This document shows, in pieces, positions 38,326 through 52,073 of a DNA stretch of 64,000 nucleotides. The stretch is from Eledone cirrhosa (lineage: Eukaryota). The notes under the pieces are model-generated. The model had not been told where the DNA came from. It searched no databases and was given only the letters and a program-made list of their open reading frames with translations. The translations under genes and the position numbers were made by a program. Each line of letters begins with the position of its first letter. Position 1 is the first letter of the stretch. The stretch is from assembly GCA_964016885.1 (NCBI GenBank), contig OZ024741.1, positions 19,778,001 to 19,842,000 of the forward strand, read 5' to 3'.

Positions 38326-39777
38326 ATGGCTAAAATGAATCCCATGGAAAGGTGGATTGGGTGGACCAAAGCTGTACGGACCCCCCAAAACAATGATCAG
38401 GTAAGAAAAATGGTCGCACATGCAATAGGGGCTAGTATCAAAACTACCCTAAAGGGCCACATATTCAAGTTCAACGAGAAGATCTACACCCAAAATGAGG
38501 GAGCAGCCATTGGCGTCAGCGTAGCTGGTGATGTTGCCAACCTTTTTATGGTATGGTGGGAAAGGAGACTTAAAGATCTCCTTAATGAGAGCTCCATAGA
38601 CCTCATCATGTACTCTCGTTACGTAGACGATATCAATATAGTTATAAGAACATCCCCACAAGAGAGCACTAACAAGTTTGATTTAGAACGTAGCACAATG
38701 GAAAGCATCCAGCAGATAGCTAACTCCATACACCAGAGTATAACTGTAACTATCGACTACCCTTCCAAACACCCTAACAATAGACTACCTGTATTAGACA
38801 CGGAACTCTGGATTAACACTATAGACGAGAGAGCCCTAATTCTCCACTCACACTATGATAAACCCATGGCCTCCAAATACCTGATACCCAAAAACTCAGC
38901 AATGTCCAGTAGTGCTAAGTTTAATATTCTGATCGCAGACTTGGTACGAGTGATGAAGAACGTGTCCCGCATGTGCGACCCAACAGAAATGGAAAGACAC
39001 ATCCAACACTTCATCAACCGCATGCAGTTCTCTGGCTACAACCAAAGAGACAGAATCAGAGTATACGAAGGAGCCACGGAGAAGTATAAGACCCTCATAG
39101 AACTGGACATGAAAGGAATTTGCCCATTATACAGGAGCAAATCATGGAATAGCTTAGATAGGGCTAGACATAAGATAGGGAAAGCCACCTCATGGTATGA
39201 CAACCAGAGATACCAGAGTGTCATGTTTGTGGACGCTACCCCTGGAGGGAAATTAGCTAACCAGTGTAGAAAGGCCCTGAGAAAGACCCACTTAAAGATT
39301 AAGGTGGTAGAAAAGCCAGGAACCACCATAAAATCCCTGAACAGCAAAACCTACCCTTTCAAGAAAATCCACGGTAGTAATAGGAAATGTATCATATGTA
39401 AGGTAAACCCCTGGATAAACTGTAAAACTAGAAACGTAGTCTATAGCATAAGATGTACAGAGGGTACTTGCAGAAACATGACAACAACATACATAGGCGA
39501 GACAGCTCGTAGCATAGGTGAAAGGATAGACCAACACTGGGGGGAACTAAAAGGACGAAAAAACGGTTCAGTACTACACGAACATGCCAGACAACAACAC
39601 GACGGTAACATAGACAACATAGAAATTAGAATAATATCTAAACATAGAAATGACCCAACAGAGAGGCAAATCAGAGAGGCCAGTGAAATAGAACTTAGAA
39701 GGCCAAGGCTAAACAGAAAAAATGAATGGAATAACAACAACACCCAAACAAACAACACTGACCTAAGAGAAGTATAA
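38326..39777 (+). CDS. PLE RT C-terminal half plus GIY-YIG endonuclease (Nematis-like), 5'-truncated but uninterrupted, 483 aa
   Basis: GAAIGVSVAGDVANLFM, SRYVDD, LPVLDT, YDKPMAS, MFVDATPGG, KVVEKPG, CIIC..CKTRNVVYSIRC, YIGETARSIGERIDQH, RQIREA. Confidence 0.88.
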   Translation: MAKMNPMERWIGWTKAVRTPQNNDQVRKMVAHAIGASIKTTLKGHIFKFNEKIYTQNEGAAIGVSVAGDVANLFMVWWERRLKDLLNESSIDLIMYSRYVDDINIVIRTSPQESTNKFDLERSTMESIQQIANSIHQSITVTIDYPSKHPNNRLPVLDTELWINTIDERALILHSHYDKPMASKYLIPKNSAMSSSAKFNILIADLVRVMKNVSRMCDPTEMERHIQHFINRMQFSGYNQRDRIRVYEGATEKYKTLIELDMKGICPLYRSKSWNSLDRARHKIGKATSWYDNQRYQSVMFVDATPGGKLANQCRKALRKTHLKIKVVEKPGTTIKSLNSKTYPFKKIHGSNRKCIICKVNPWINCKTRNVVYSIRCTEGTCRNMTTTYIGETARSIGERIDQHWGELKGRKNGSVLHEHARQQHDGNIDNIEIRIISKHRNDPTERQIREASEIELRRPRLNRKNEWNNNNTQTNNTDLREV

Positions 39778-40027
39778 ATAAATAAATAAATAGATAAATA
39801 AATTAATTAATACATACACAAGCACAATAACAACAAACACACACTAGTAAAGATAGAATACATTAACCAATACACAGTCACCCAATCACGAACACACATC
39901 AAACAAAACACTATACACACACGCAAACGCATGCACAAAGAAGACAAAATAAAATAAACAAATAAATATATAAACAGACTAAATAAAGATGGCGTAGAAA
40001 ATACAATGCAACGGGAGGAAACAATAG

Positions 40028-40075
40028 CACCACTGACGATGTTGCAGATGTGCAACGAAAGAACTTTGATAAACT
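40028..40075 (+). ncRNA. Hammerhead motif at the 3' end of the Nematis-like PLE
   Basis: CTGACGA T GTTGCA GATG TGCAAC GAAA GAAC TT; imperfect stem I. Confidence 0.7.
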
Positions 40076-40353
40076 ATATATATGTGTTTGTGTCTATATT
40101 GTATCTGTATTTTTGACCGTTGGTCAGTCAATGGCAACATTGAGGACCTAATAAATTAGATTAACCGATATAAAGGACACAGAAGCGAAAAGCGAAAACC
40201 AACCAAACAGTGAGTGTGTTCTGTTATTAATTCTGGCAATATTACACAAATATGACCCTTCCCAAGTATAACTATATTTGTTCCGACACACGATTTCATA
40301 TTAAAAACCTCGCAAAACTAATACATATATATATATATATATATATACATATA

Positions 40354-40400
40354 TTCCTGATGATTTCCTACGAATGAAACAGTTCTGGTCCTGTAGATAT
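40354..40400 (+). ncRNA. Hammerhead motif, family C (solo pLTR fragment)
   Basis: TTC CTGATGA TTTC CTAC GAAT GAAA CAG TTCTGGTC CTG TA GA. Confidence 0.7.
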
Positions 40401-40969
40401 CATTTCTATAACAATAATAATTATATATACATTGAAAACTGATGATTGAGCATAATATCACTTAGGTTCAAGGGCAACCAAGACAACATTGGTACGTTTT
40501 CATCACATAAAATACAAAGTTTGTTTTATAAATAGAGACATACCCATGAAAATCATACCTTATCGGTTGGAAATTCACTGGATAGTGGAAATATATTAGG
40601 GCTTATTCAAACTTATGTGTGAATATGCAAATGAATATGTAAATAAGTGAAAAACAACCGTTTATTTAAATGACACTGGAGAAAGAGAGAGAGAAAAAAG
40701 AGAGAGAGAAAAAATAAAATTTATTACGAGAGAGATAGAGAGAAGAAATTAACAAGAGGATGAATAAAACTCATATAACGTTAATTTGGGGGAATATATT
40801 CTAAGTATATATCTAATGGTACGTGTATTTACGATTAATTAGTTGTTAAAATTCTTTTCAAATATAATATTTACTGTTATAAGTAGATAGAAAAATAAAT
40901 ATATAGAAGCATAGATAGAAAAATAAATAAATAAATAAATAATTTAAACACACAATTTACTGTGTTTAT

Positions 40970-41051
<82 letters not shown>

Positions 41052-41216
41052 TATATTATTATTATTATTATTATATATATATATATAGTAATAAAATTGT
41101 AAGAAAGTCAAGGATATTAAATTACCATTTATTCATACGTTTCAACAGGGCTAAAATATATATTAAATATCTCTCTAAATTTCTACTCACTCCTTGCCTG
41201 TTTTCCTAAAGAAAAT

Positions 41217-41334
41217 AATTGTTTCTATTTTAGGCACACGGCCAGCAATTAACCAGTACATTACTGGTACTTTATTTTATCGACCCCGTAAGGATGAAAG
41301 GCAAAGTTAACCTCGGCGGGATTTGAACTCAGAT
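41217..41334 (-). mobile_element. tRNA-derived SINE, 5'-truncated
   Basis: Core and Box B present. Confidence 0.85.
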
Positions 41335-41538
41335 CAGAAAATAATATCTACTAATCGACTCCGTGAGTTATTGGAACCTGTACCATATTCCAGAAACAAA
41401 CCTCTGGAATATTGTATTACTCGTTTCTACGAAATACGTCAAGAAAAATACTTGGTAAGCTGTTATTTCACTAATATCTGTTTAATCATTTTATAAGTTC
41501 GATTTACCAACAGAAAATGAAAATTCCCTTATCTTCTC

Positions 41539-41570
<32 letters not shown>

Positions 41571-41597
41571 ATATATGTGTGTAATATATATATATCT

Positions 41598-42076
41598 GTA
41601 ACCGGGCACTGGAGAAAGGAGTTGCCCCGAATCAGTGGAGGATCAGTAACATGGTCCCAGTGCCAAAGAGGGGAGATCTCTCTAACACCAACAACTACAG
41701 GGCGATTTTACTGACGTCACTTGTGGCAGACACCCTCAACAGGATAATTCTTAACAGGATCCAGCCTGAGATGGAGAAGAAGCTCAGGGACAACCAGAAC
41801 GGCTTCAGAAAGGGAAGATGTGGCTCAAAAGTGACACAGAGGAGACTGAGGTTAGCTGGACATGCTCACCGACATCCAGAGTTGACATTGCACTCAGTGC
41901 TCCTGTGGGAGCCCCTACATGGACACACTGGAAGAGGAAGACCAAAGTTAACGTATGTTGATGCCCTAAGGACAGACACTGGTCTGTTGGAGACGCAGGA
42001 CATGGCAGCGATAATGAGGGACAGAGACCGCTGGAGAGAACTCGTCCATGGATCTCGGGAATTTTACCCGCCCTAG
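41598..42076 (+). pseudogene. Internally deleted RTE-X-like LINE fragment
   Basis: PVPKRGDLSNTNNYRAI..NQNGFRKGR joined directly to the C-terminal RRLRLAGHAHRH..LLWEP..GRGRPKLTYVD. Confidence 0.8.
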
Positions 42077-42083
42077 ATATATA

Positions 42084-42122
<39 letters not shown>

Positions 42123-42150
42123 AGATAAGGGAAGATAAGGGAAGATAAGG

Positions 42151-42236
<86 letters not shown>

Positions 42237-42409
42237 TTAAAGAGTAACCAATCTTAAAGAGAGAGATGGAGATAGGAGAGGAGATATGAGAGGAGAGATT
42301 GATGAATTAGTTAGAAGCCAAAGCGTAAAGGCATGTGCTCAATGTGCAATATGCAGTAGAAAGCAGCTAGGTGGCTGGGTTCATGCAGAAGTTAGGTGCG
42401 CAGAGCTGG

Positions 42410-42508
42410 ATATATTCATTAGTTAAGCAAAACAAGACCACAGATTTCACAAGGAAGACATTATTAAAAGATTGTCAACATATTTTAGTTTTATGTAAGG
42501 AATGTAGA

Positions 42509-42573
<65 letters not shown>

Positions 42574-43080
42574 TTAATAATAATAATTGTTTCTACTTTA
42601 TGCACAAGGCCAGCAATTACCCAGTGCATTACTGGTACTTTATTTTATCGACCCCGTAAGGATGAAAGGTAAAGTCAACCTCGGCGGGATTTGAACTCAG
42701 ATATTGTTTCGCTACTCCATATAATATTTCTGGATCAGATGACTATATATCATTATTGATCTGGTTCAGTTGAAAATAATTAACATATTTAAAAAACAGA
42801 AATATTATATGGAGTAGCGAAACAATTGTAAACGGACATTTCCCTTTACGATCTGAGTTCAAATACCGCCGAGGTTGACTTTGCCTTTCATCCTTACGGG
42901 GTCGATAAAATAAAGTACCAGTAATGCACTGGGTATTTGCTGGCCTTGTGCCTAAAGTAGAAACAATTATTATTAATATTATTATTATTCTCTACATTCC
43001 TTACATCAAACTAAAATATGTTGACAATCTTTTAATAATGTCTTCCTTGTGAAATTTGTGGTCTTGTTTTGCTTAACTAA

Positions 43081-43089
<9 letters not shown>
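42410..43089. repeat. ~680-bp fold-back (inverted duplication) containing two SINE copies and unique flank
   Basis: Arms 42410-42731 and 42797-43089 are near-identical reverse complements around a ~65-bp spacer; SINEs at 42585-42702 (-) and 42845-42970 (+). Confidence 0.9.
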
Positions 43090-43154
<65 letters not shown>

Positions 43155-43931
43155 TGTGTATGTGTATGTATATGTATGTATATATTCATACACACACATA
43201 TAAATACACACACATATATATATATACATATTTATATATATATATACATAAGTATATTTAATATATATATGTATATATATTTATGTGTCGCTTTGTGGGA
43301 GTGCCAGTGTGTGTATGTTTGAATGAACATGTGTCTGTGTGTGTTTATGTATGTGTGTGTGTGTATGCGTCATGTTTTGTGGCTTGTTAATATATACTGC
43401 TGAAACGCAACTGTTTCAATGACTTTACAATTCGTAATGGCGGACCACATTATCTGATTGATAATGATGGGCATGTATATTGAAATAGAGGGGATATTAT
43501 TGATACATAACTCATAATCAATAACGTTCCATACTCATAATGACGGTTTATAAAAGTCTCGTTAGAAAGTACGATACAATTTACCGATGTATTTTCTCCT
43601 AAAAACTATTATTCAACTTATATAGTGTTACAATTCAATTGCACCCAATATCTATGGCAACGTCTTTCATTCATCTGATTAGTTTTGTAAGCACTGAATA
43701 TATATATATTTGCGTATAATATATAAATATATGTGTGTGTGTGTGTGTGTGTGTATGCGTGTGTGTGTGTGTGTGCGCGTGTGTGTGGGTGTGTAGGTGT
43801 GTGTGTGTGTGTGTCTCTGCCTGTGTATATATAGGTGTCTATGTGTACCTATATCTATATTTATATCTATATCTATCAATCTCCCTATCAATCTCTCTAT
43901 CAATCTCTCTATCTATCTATCTATCTATCAA

Positions 43932-46498
43932 GGAAACGAGGGGACCAAAGCTGTTAGCTGGGCCCGCGTGACAGAACCCAAAAAGAAGGAGCAGATCCAC
44001 TATCCGGTCTTTGCGAGACCAAGATGGACGGGTGAGACTTGAACCTAAGCAGATGTGCGAGGCTTTTCAGAAGCACTTTGCCGGATTGTTCGGAAGGGGC
44101 GGGGAGCCGGTTGGAGATGTGAACTTCGGTCCATACCTCGACGGCCTGCCGCGTCTCTCGGACAGGGAGGCGAAGTCCTGCGAGGAGCCGATTTCAGCCG
44201 CTGAGATAGAGGACGTGCTGAGCCTATGCGGCAAACGCAAATCCCCGGGTCTCGATGGTCTTCCATACGAACTGTATCTAGCTATGCCGGACTTGTTCCC
44301 CGATCTCCTCGAGGCGGTCAACTGCAACTGCCAACAGAACGGGAGAATTCCCTGTGCTGTGACCAAGGGCGTAGTCACGCTAGTGAGGAAGGATGAGAAC
44401 AAGGGGGACGATATAAATAATTTCAGGCCCATAACTATGCTAAATACAGAGTTACAGATTTTGGCCAAGGTGCTAGCAAAGAGGTTGGCGCTTGTCGTGG
44501 GCAACCTGGTGGGAGATGCGCAGACATGTGCTATCCCGTCCAGGTCCATCCACGACAACCTCCACCTCATGCGATACATCATAGAGAGGGTTGGGAACGA
44601 ACCCGGCTTTGGTGGGGCCCTGATCAACTTGGATCAATCTAAGGCATTCGATAGGGTCGACCATGGTTACCTGGATGCGGTGCTAGCGGCGACAGGCTTC
44701 GGAGCCGTTTTCAGGGGCTGGATCAATGCCATGCACAGCAGCCGCATCTGCTCTAGGGTCAAGGTGAACGGCTACCTCTCGGAGCCGTTCGAAATCGCGC
44801 GGTCCATCCGACAGGGGTGCCCTCTCTCCTCCCTTCTGTATGTAATGACTCTAGTGCCACTGCTGCGGAAGTTGGATTTGTTGCAGGGCATCCCGTTGGA
44901 ACCGGGATTGCGGAAAGCGGTGTCGGCCTACGCCGACAACGTAACAGTAATGGCGTCTACGGCCTCGGAAATTGGGGCGATCGGGACCTTACTGGAGGAG
45001 TACGAAAGGTTTACAGGGGCTAAGCTGAACCGGGACAAGTCGATCGGTCTGCAACTCGGCACGTGGAGGAGCAGATCGATGCCCTCCGATGGCGTCGTCG
45101 GGCACTGGACGGAGGGCGCGGTGAAGAAGAACTGGGGTGAGGTAACGAACAGGGTGTTTGCACTGACCCAGAAGTGGGCCGAGTGCAAACTGTCCCTGAA
45201 AGGTCGGGCGGAGGTGGCGAACACTTATATAGCGTCCGTCATCTACTACCGCCTGACCGTTGTGCCTTGCCCAAGGGAAACGCTCGCCAAAATGGAGCGC
45301 GCACTCTTCCAATTCCTTTGGAAGAAGGGAGCTCCTATGGTGAGGAGATCCATCTGCTGTCAACACCCTTCGAAAGGGGGGCTGGGGATGCCGTGGCTAA
45401 TGATACGTAAACACGCATTAAGGCTACGGTACCTCCAGGTATTCCTCTCCGGTCAACCGGTGTGGGCCCCGTTTGTGAGGCGAGCCTTTCCCAGACTCGT
45501 CTCACTCACCGAGCTGCAATCCTGGGTCAAGCAAAGACCGAGAAAACTGGGCGCCTGGCACACCGAGTGTGCCCAGGCGCTCACGGCTCTCTGGCAGGCG
45601 GACCCGGCTGTCAGTGGAGAATCCACCTCGTCATTCTATAGAGGGCTGGTGGTTAGCAGGTGCGACGATGCCCTCGAAGAAGCCCTAGGCATGGAGGAAG
45701 ACGAACTGGCCAACCTGTTCGGTAGGACATTCAGCTCGGGACCCATGCGCTACAGAAGGGCTCTGCCCGTTCGAGAAAGGCTCTACAGACACGGGCGCCC
45801 GGGTAGGGACCCCTCGAAAAAGATCTCTCCCAGATGCATGTGCGACGAGGAAACCGTTGCACACGCATTGGTACACTGCTCGGGAATTGCTGATCTGTGG
45901 GGCTATGTCGAACAACTGCTGTCAAGGGTGGGGCCGATCCGGTTGACCACCGAGTCTATTGTAACGATCAAGCCGCCTCCCCTCTTCAAAAACGAAGAAG
46001 AGGCGGTGTTTCTGTGCGTAATAGCCATGGCGAAAGAGGTTGTATGGTGGACGTGTCTGAAAGGACTGAGGTCAGACACCTTTCTCTCTGGCCAACAACT
46101 GGTCCGTTTCTTCCGATATCATTTCGGAAGAAGGATCAGGATGGAGAGAGAGGTGCTGCACCCCAGCCGTTTTTATGAAAGGTGGCTGAAAGTGGCGAGA
46201 ATGGCCCGTGTGAATGGGCCTTCACTCTACATCAGTCTATAGGTGAGGAAGATGAAAGACCAAGGGAGCACCCATTCTCTGTGCTCCTGAGGAAAAGGGT
46301 TGCACCCTTTTGGGGGGGGCGACCCCCCAAGGCGCCTCCTCTCTATTGAGGATTTTGTTATAAATTTTATTCTGTTATATTTTATTTTATTTTTATATTT
46401 TGTTATTGCCTCCTCCTTATTGAGGACGCCTTGTTTTGTAAACTCCCCTCTTTGTACTTGTCCCACTTTTGATGCCCTGGTGGCAAATAAAAGAAACA
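43932..46498 (+). mobile_element. L1/Tx1-clade LINE, 5'-truncated copy, in (TCTA)n
   Basis: Open ORF2 remnant to 46242 (KSPGLDGLPYE, NFRPITMLN, LDQSKAFDRVDH, RQGCPLS, AYADN, GGLG, C..ETVAHALVHC); ends GCAAATAAAAGAAAC then (TCTA)n. Confidence 0.92.
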
Positions 46499-46757
46499 TA
46501 TCTATCTATCAATCTATCTATCTATCTCTCTATCTCTCTGGGATGGACACATGTGCTGAGCTCGCTCGGTAAGTTTCGTTTAAATTTATCTGGAAATTGT
46601 GAACTGTAAACTTTCATTTTCGTACCATTTTGTAGAGGGACTGCCAGGTCAAATTTTGATCTGGTCAGTCTCTCAAAATATTTTACGCCTTTAGGCGTAA
46701 TAGTGTTGTAAAAATTTTATCTTTCGAAAAATTTCGAAAAATCCTATTTTGATAAAA

Positions 46758-47903
46758 ATGGCTGAAGCATCTTCACCAACATTCAAAGGAGAAAAGGGGA
46801 AGTCATACTCACAGCTTCCCCCTGCCACTGTTACAGCAGCAGATGCCAAAGGCAGAGGTCAGCCAGAGGAAGAATTTTCTTCACCTGCTGACCGACAACT
46901 TGATGTAGCCACAACTATACAAGAAACTGAAAACAACAACAACAACGACAACAACAGCAACAATAAAGACAACAAAAACAACAACAACACAAACGTCACA
47001 AGTATCCACACACCAAACGAGAAAGACAACAACAACAAAGATGAAAACAACTCAAACGACGAGAAACAAAACAATACAAACACCAACAATGAAAACAAAA
47101 TATCTTTTGCACAAACGGCTAAATTATCAGTCACTTATGTGCTTGAAGATATTTCAAAAGCCAAAGAAATGCTGGAAAAAGCCAAAAAATATGTATCTTT
47201 TTGCGAAAATGGTTCGTTTTCTATAAATTCACCTCCAGAACTAAAAAAACAGACGGAATTACGAACTGTCGTATTCCGTACAATTTTATATAAGACAAAA
47301 AAACCAGCACAACCATCTCAAGCTGAAATTCAGTTAGTACTGAAAGAAGCGATGAAAGACATCACTTTCATACAAAAGGATAAACTCTATGGGAGTTTAT
47401 CCATATTGATGAAAGACGAATTGGCGGCGAAAATATACTCTGTGTCGCCAATTCGTTCCACACACTACACCTTCTTCCCCACCTACATGGGTAAAAAAAC
47501 CCAGAGAATATGGATAACCACCATCACCCCAAACATAAACTACTGGTGGTTACTAACCGGTTTCCTCAATTTAGACGAGGATAATCTCATTTCAATAGGG
47601 AAGGCATCCGGCGACGCGTTCAGTGGAACGAGTATCGCAGTTCTGACACAAATAAGGCCAGAACGTATCGCCCAAATCCCTGAGCAGGTCATGCTGGATG
47701 ACCGTACCCACCTCAACATTATTGTGGAGGGTAGGCTTCCCTCCTGTTATCTCTGTGGCAATAGAGGTCACCTGAGGGCTGCCTGTCCCCAGCTCACACA
47801 GAAAAAAACACTGCTACCAACAACAACAAAAACAACCACAACAACAACAACAAAAACCACCACAACAACAACAACAAAAACCAACAACACCACCACCACC
47901 ACC

Positions 47904-47937
<34 letters not shown>

Positions 47938-48458
47938 ACACGTGAAAAAACAACACAGAATACTGTCCCACCCAACCTCTCCCCACCCAAAACAAATACA
48001 AAAACACACACACCGCAAACACTACCAGAAAACATACCCCTCCCACCCAACAAGGAAGACGAACCCCTTTCGTCGCAAGACGAAAAAGATCCCTTCCAAA
48101 CAGTAAAAAGAAAGAAGAGGAGGCGCACCACAGACACACTTGTTAACTTTAACCTCCCCAAGAGAACACAAACTACACACAAACCACCCCTCCCCGTCAC
48201 ACAACACTAACTGCTACACAAAAAAAGACTTTACAATATACATACATGAACACAGACAACAAAGAACTACTGAAAACAATTTCATCAAACCCTTCGGTCC
48301 AAACTGAAGGGCCTAACTTTATAACTGCTGTGGGACTACCTCATTTGAAAATTATTAAAGTCCCAATGAACTTTTATAAAACACTGAAAATACATTTCAC
48401 GGAGGACGTGCCCCCCCCCCCCCCCCCTGCGCCAAACCAATCAACCGCGTCCTCCTAA
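46758..48458 (+). pseudogene. Tx1 ORF1 (gag-like, CCHC knuckle); frame broken in the (ACA)n tract
   Basis: ATG at 46758; CYLCGNRGHLRAAC; Asn- and Thr-rich repeats; stop at 47945 with probable continuation to 48458. Confidence 0.75.
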
Positions 48459-48646
48459 AAAAATCACCCCCCACCCCACCCATACACCCACTCAACCACA
48501 AACGCCCCAACCCCACAACACACTGATGCCCCTTCACTTCCACGAACCACCACCCACCCAACAACCCATCCCCAACCAGCATGGAAATTGAGCGGCCCGT
48601 TTCCCGGGACGCAGAGAGGTAAGTGCCTTTTCTCCTTGCCACCAAC

Positions 48647-51600
48647 ATGGCTGTGCTAAGAGTAGGATGTCTAAATGCGCGTGGCCTGGGCTCATCTTGG
48701 AAGCAAGCAATGCTTCTAAATGACCTCAGGTCACGATCTATAAATGAGATGGTTATCTGCGAGGCCCGAATCAGCAGCATGCGACAGCTAGCCCCCACCT
48801 TTGACGACTTTGAGATGCACGCATCTCTCTGTCAGCCCGGAGGTGGGGGTGGGGTTGTCGTTCTGCTGCAAAAACATCTGGGTCTTGCCACACAGATAGT
48901 TCACTTGGACCCAGGGGGTCGACTGGTGGTGCTGGACCTTGGCAGTGGTGAAGGTGGAGCCTTTAGGCTGGTAGCCGCATATGCCCCTTTTGGGACAGAG
49001 CAGCCCGACTTTTTCCAGCGTCTGGAGTCTTTTCTAGGGACGTCCCGTTCCCTGCTTTTAGTGGGGGACTGGAATGGTATCCTGGATGCACGTTGGGACT
49101 ATGCAGGGGCATGTTCCGAAGAGAGGGGTGCAACAGCCTCAAGGGGTTACTCGGCCGATTTGAACTGGCCGATAGATTTCGACTAGATTTTCCGACGGTG
49201 CCAACCTGGTCTTGGTCAAATCGCAGCGGATCATCTAGGTCGTATCTAGATAGGTTTTTAGTTAGAAATAAGGACAGGGACTTTTTAAGTTGTCCAGAAA
49301 TGCTCATGGTTGGCTACTCAGACCACAAGTTGGTGACCTGCATGGTCAACCTTGATAGAACTCATAGACAGGGACCCGGTTACTGGAAGCTCAACTTGTC
49401 CTTGCCGGCAAGTAGAGCTTACAGGGATCGGATTAGTACGTTAGTTAAGGAACGGTTGACTGGAGCGATCGTCAACAGCAGGTGGTGGGTATCTCTAAAG
49501 AGAGAGATGAGAGTAGTCTCGATAGAATTTAGTAAGGTTCTAGCTGCGGATAGGAATAGGAAGGAAAGGGAGCTAATAGATAGAGTAGAAGAGGCAATTA
49601 GAAGCGGCGACGTGGCCAGAGTGCTAGCGTCGAGAACGGCTTTGAGCCAGTTTTTCGACGCGAAGCACGAAGGCTGCATTGTCCGAAGTAAAATACGTGC
49701 TCTAGGGAACGAGGGGACCAAAGCTGTTAGCTGTGTCCGCGTGACAGAAACCAAAAGAAGGAGCAGATCCACTATCCGGTCTTTGCGAGACCAAGATGGA
49801 TGGGTGAGACTTGAACCTAAGCAGATGTGCGAGGCTTTTCAGAAGCACTTTGCCGGATTGTTCGGAAGGGGCGGGGAGCCGGTTGGAGATGTGAACTTCG
49901 GTCCATACCTCGACGGCCTGCCGCGTCTCTCGGACAGGGAGGCGAAGTCCTGCGAGGAGCCGATTTCAGCCGCTGAGATAGAGGACGTGCTGAGCCTATG
50001 CGGCAAACGCAAATCCCCGGGTCTCGATGGTCTTCCATACGAACTGTATCTAGCTATGCCGGACTTGTTCCCCGATCTCCTCGAGGCGGTCTACTGCAAC
50101 TGGCAACAGAACGGGAGAATTCCCTGTACTGTGACCAAAGGCGTAGTCACGCTAGTGAGGAAGGATGAGAACAAGGGGGACGATATAAATAATTTCAGGC
50201 CCATAACTATGCTAAATACAGAGTTACAGATTTTGGCCAAGCTGCTAGCAAAGAGGTTGGCGCTTGTCGTGGGCAACCTGGTGGGAGATGCGCAGACATG
50301 TGCTATCCCGTCCAGGTCCATCCATGACAACCTCCACCTCATGCGATACATCATAGAGAGGGTTGGGAACGAACCCGGCTTTGGTGGGGCTCTGATCAAC
50401 TTGGATCAATCTAAGGCGTTCGATAGGGTCGACCATGGTTACCTGGATGCGGTGCTAGCGGCGGCAGGCTTCGAACCCGTTTTCAAGGGCTGGATCACTG
50501 ATATGCACAGCAGCCGCATCTGCTCTAGGGTCAAGGTGAACGGCTACCTCTCGGAGCCGTTCAAAATCGCGCGGTCCATCCGACAAGGGTGCCCTCTCTC
50601 CTCCCTTCTGTATGTGTTGACTCTCGAGCCACTACTGCGGAAGCTGGAGTTGTTGCAGGGCATTCCTTTGGAACCGGGATTGCGGAAAGCGGTGTCGGCC
50701 TACGCCGATGACGTGACAGTAATGGTGTCGACGGCCTCCGAAATCGGGGCGATCGGCACCTTACTGGAGGAGTACGAAAGGTTCACAGGGGCTAAGCTGA
50801 ACCGGGACAAGTCGATCGGTTTGCAACTCGGCACGTGGAGGGGCAGACCGACGCCCTCCGATGGCATCGTCGGAGGGCCCGCTGAAGTTGCTCGGGGTCT
50901 GGTTCGGACCAGACCTCCAGCTGGAGAAGAACTTGGCGGAGGTCACGAACAGGGTGTTTGCACAGACCCAGAAGTGGGCCAGTTGCAAACTATCCCTGAA
51001 AGGTCGGGCGGAGGTGACGAACACCTATATAGCGTCCGTCATCTACTACCGCCTGACCGTTGTGCCTTGCCCAAGGGAAACCCTCGCCAAGATGGACTGC
51101 GCACTCTTCCAATTCCTTTGGAAGAGGCGGGCTCCCTTGGTGAGGAGATCCATCTGCTGTTAACACCCTTCGAAAGGAGGGCTGGGGAAGCCGTGGCTAA
51201 TGATGCGTAAACACGCATTAAGGCTACGGCACCTCCACGTATTCCTCACCGGTCAACCGGTGTGGGCCTCGTTTGTGAGACGAACCTTTCCCAGACTCGT
51301 CTCACTCACCGAGCTGCAATCCTGGGTCAAGCAAAGACCGAGAAAACTGGGCGCCTGGCACACTGAGAGTGCCCAGGTGCTCACCGCCCTCTGGCAGGCG
51401 GATCCGGTTATCAGTGGAGACTCCACCGCAACATTCTATAGAGGGCTGGTACGCAGCAGGTGCGACGACGCCCTCGGAGAAGCCCTAGACATGGAGGAAG
51501 ACGAACTGGCCAGCCTGTTCGGTAGGACATTAAACCCGGGACCTATGGACAACTTCCAGAAGTCCCTGGCCTGGCAGTGCTACCGAGGGGCTCTACCTGT

Positions 51601-52073
51601 TCGAGAAAAAACTCTACAAACACGGGCGCCCGGGTAGGGACCCCGCCAAAAAGATCTGTCCCAGATGCGTGTGCGACGAGGAAACCGTTGCACACGCATT
51701 GGTACACTGCTCGGGAATTGCTGATCTGTGGGGCTATGTCGAACAACTGCTGTCAAGGGTGGGACCGATCCGGTTGACCACCGAGTCTATTGTAACGATC
51801 AAGCCGCCTCCCCTCTTCAAAGATGAAGGAGAGGCGGTGTTTCTGTGCGTAATAGCCATGATGAAAGAAGTTGTATGGTGGACGCGTCTGAAAGGACTGA
51901 GGTCAGACACCTTTCTCTCTGGCCAACAACTGGTCCGTTTCTTCCGATATCATTTCGGAAGAAGTATCAGGATGGAGAGAGAGGTGCTCCACCCCAGTCG
52001 ATTTTATGAAAGGTAGGTGAAAGTGGCGAGAATGGCCCGTGTGAATGGGCCTTCTCTTTACATAAGCCTGTAG
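48647..52073 (+). pseudogene. Tx1 ORF2 (APE endonuclease, RT, zinc finger) with frameshifts and stops
   Basis: CLNARGL, LVAAYAP, VGDWN, SYLDRFLV, SDHKLV, YWKLN, AFDRVDH, QGCPLS, YADD. Confidence 0.92.
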
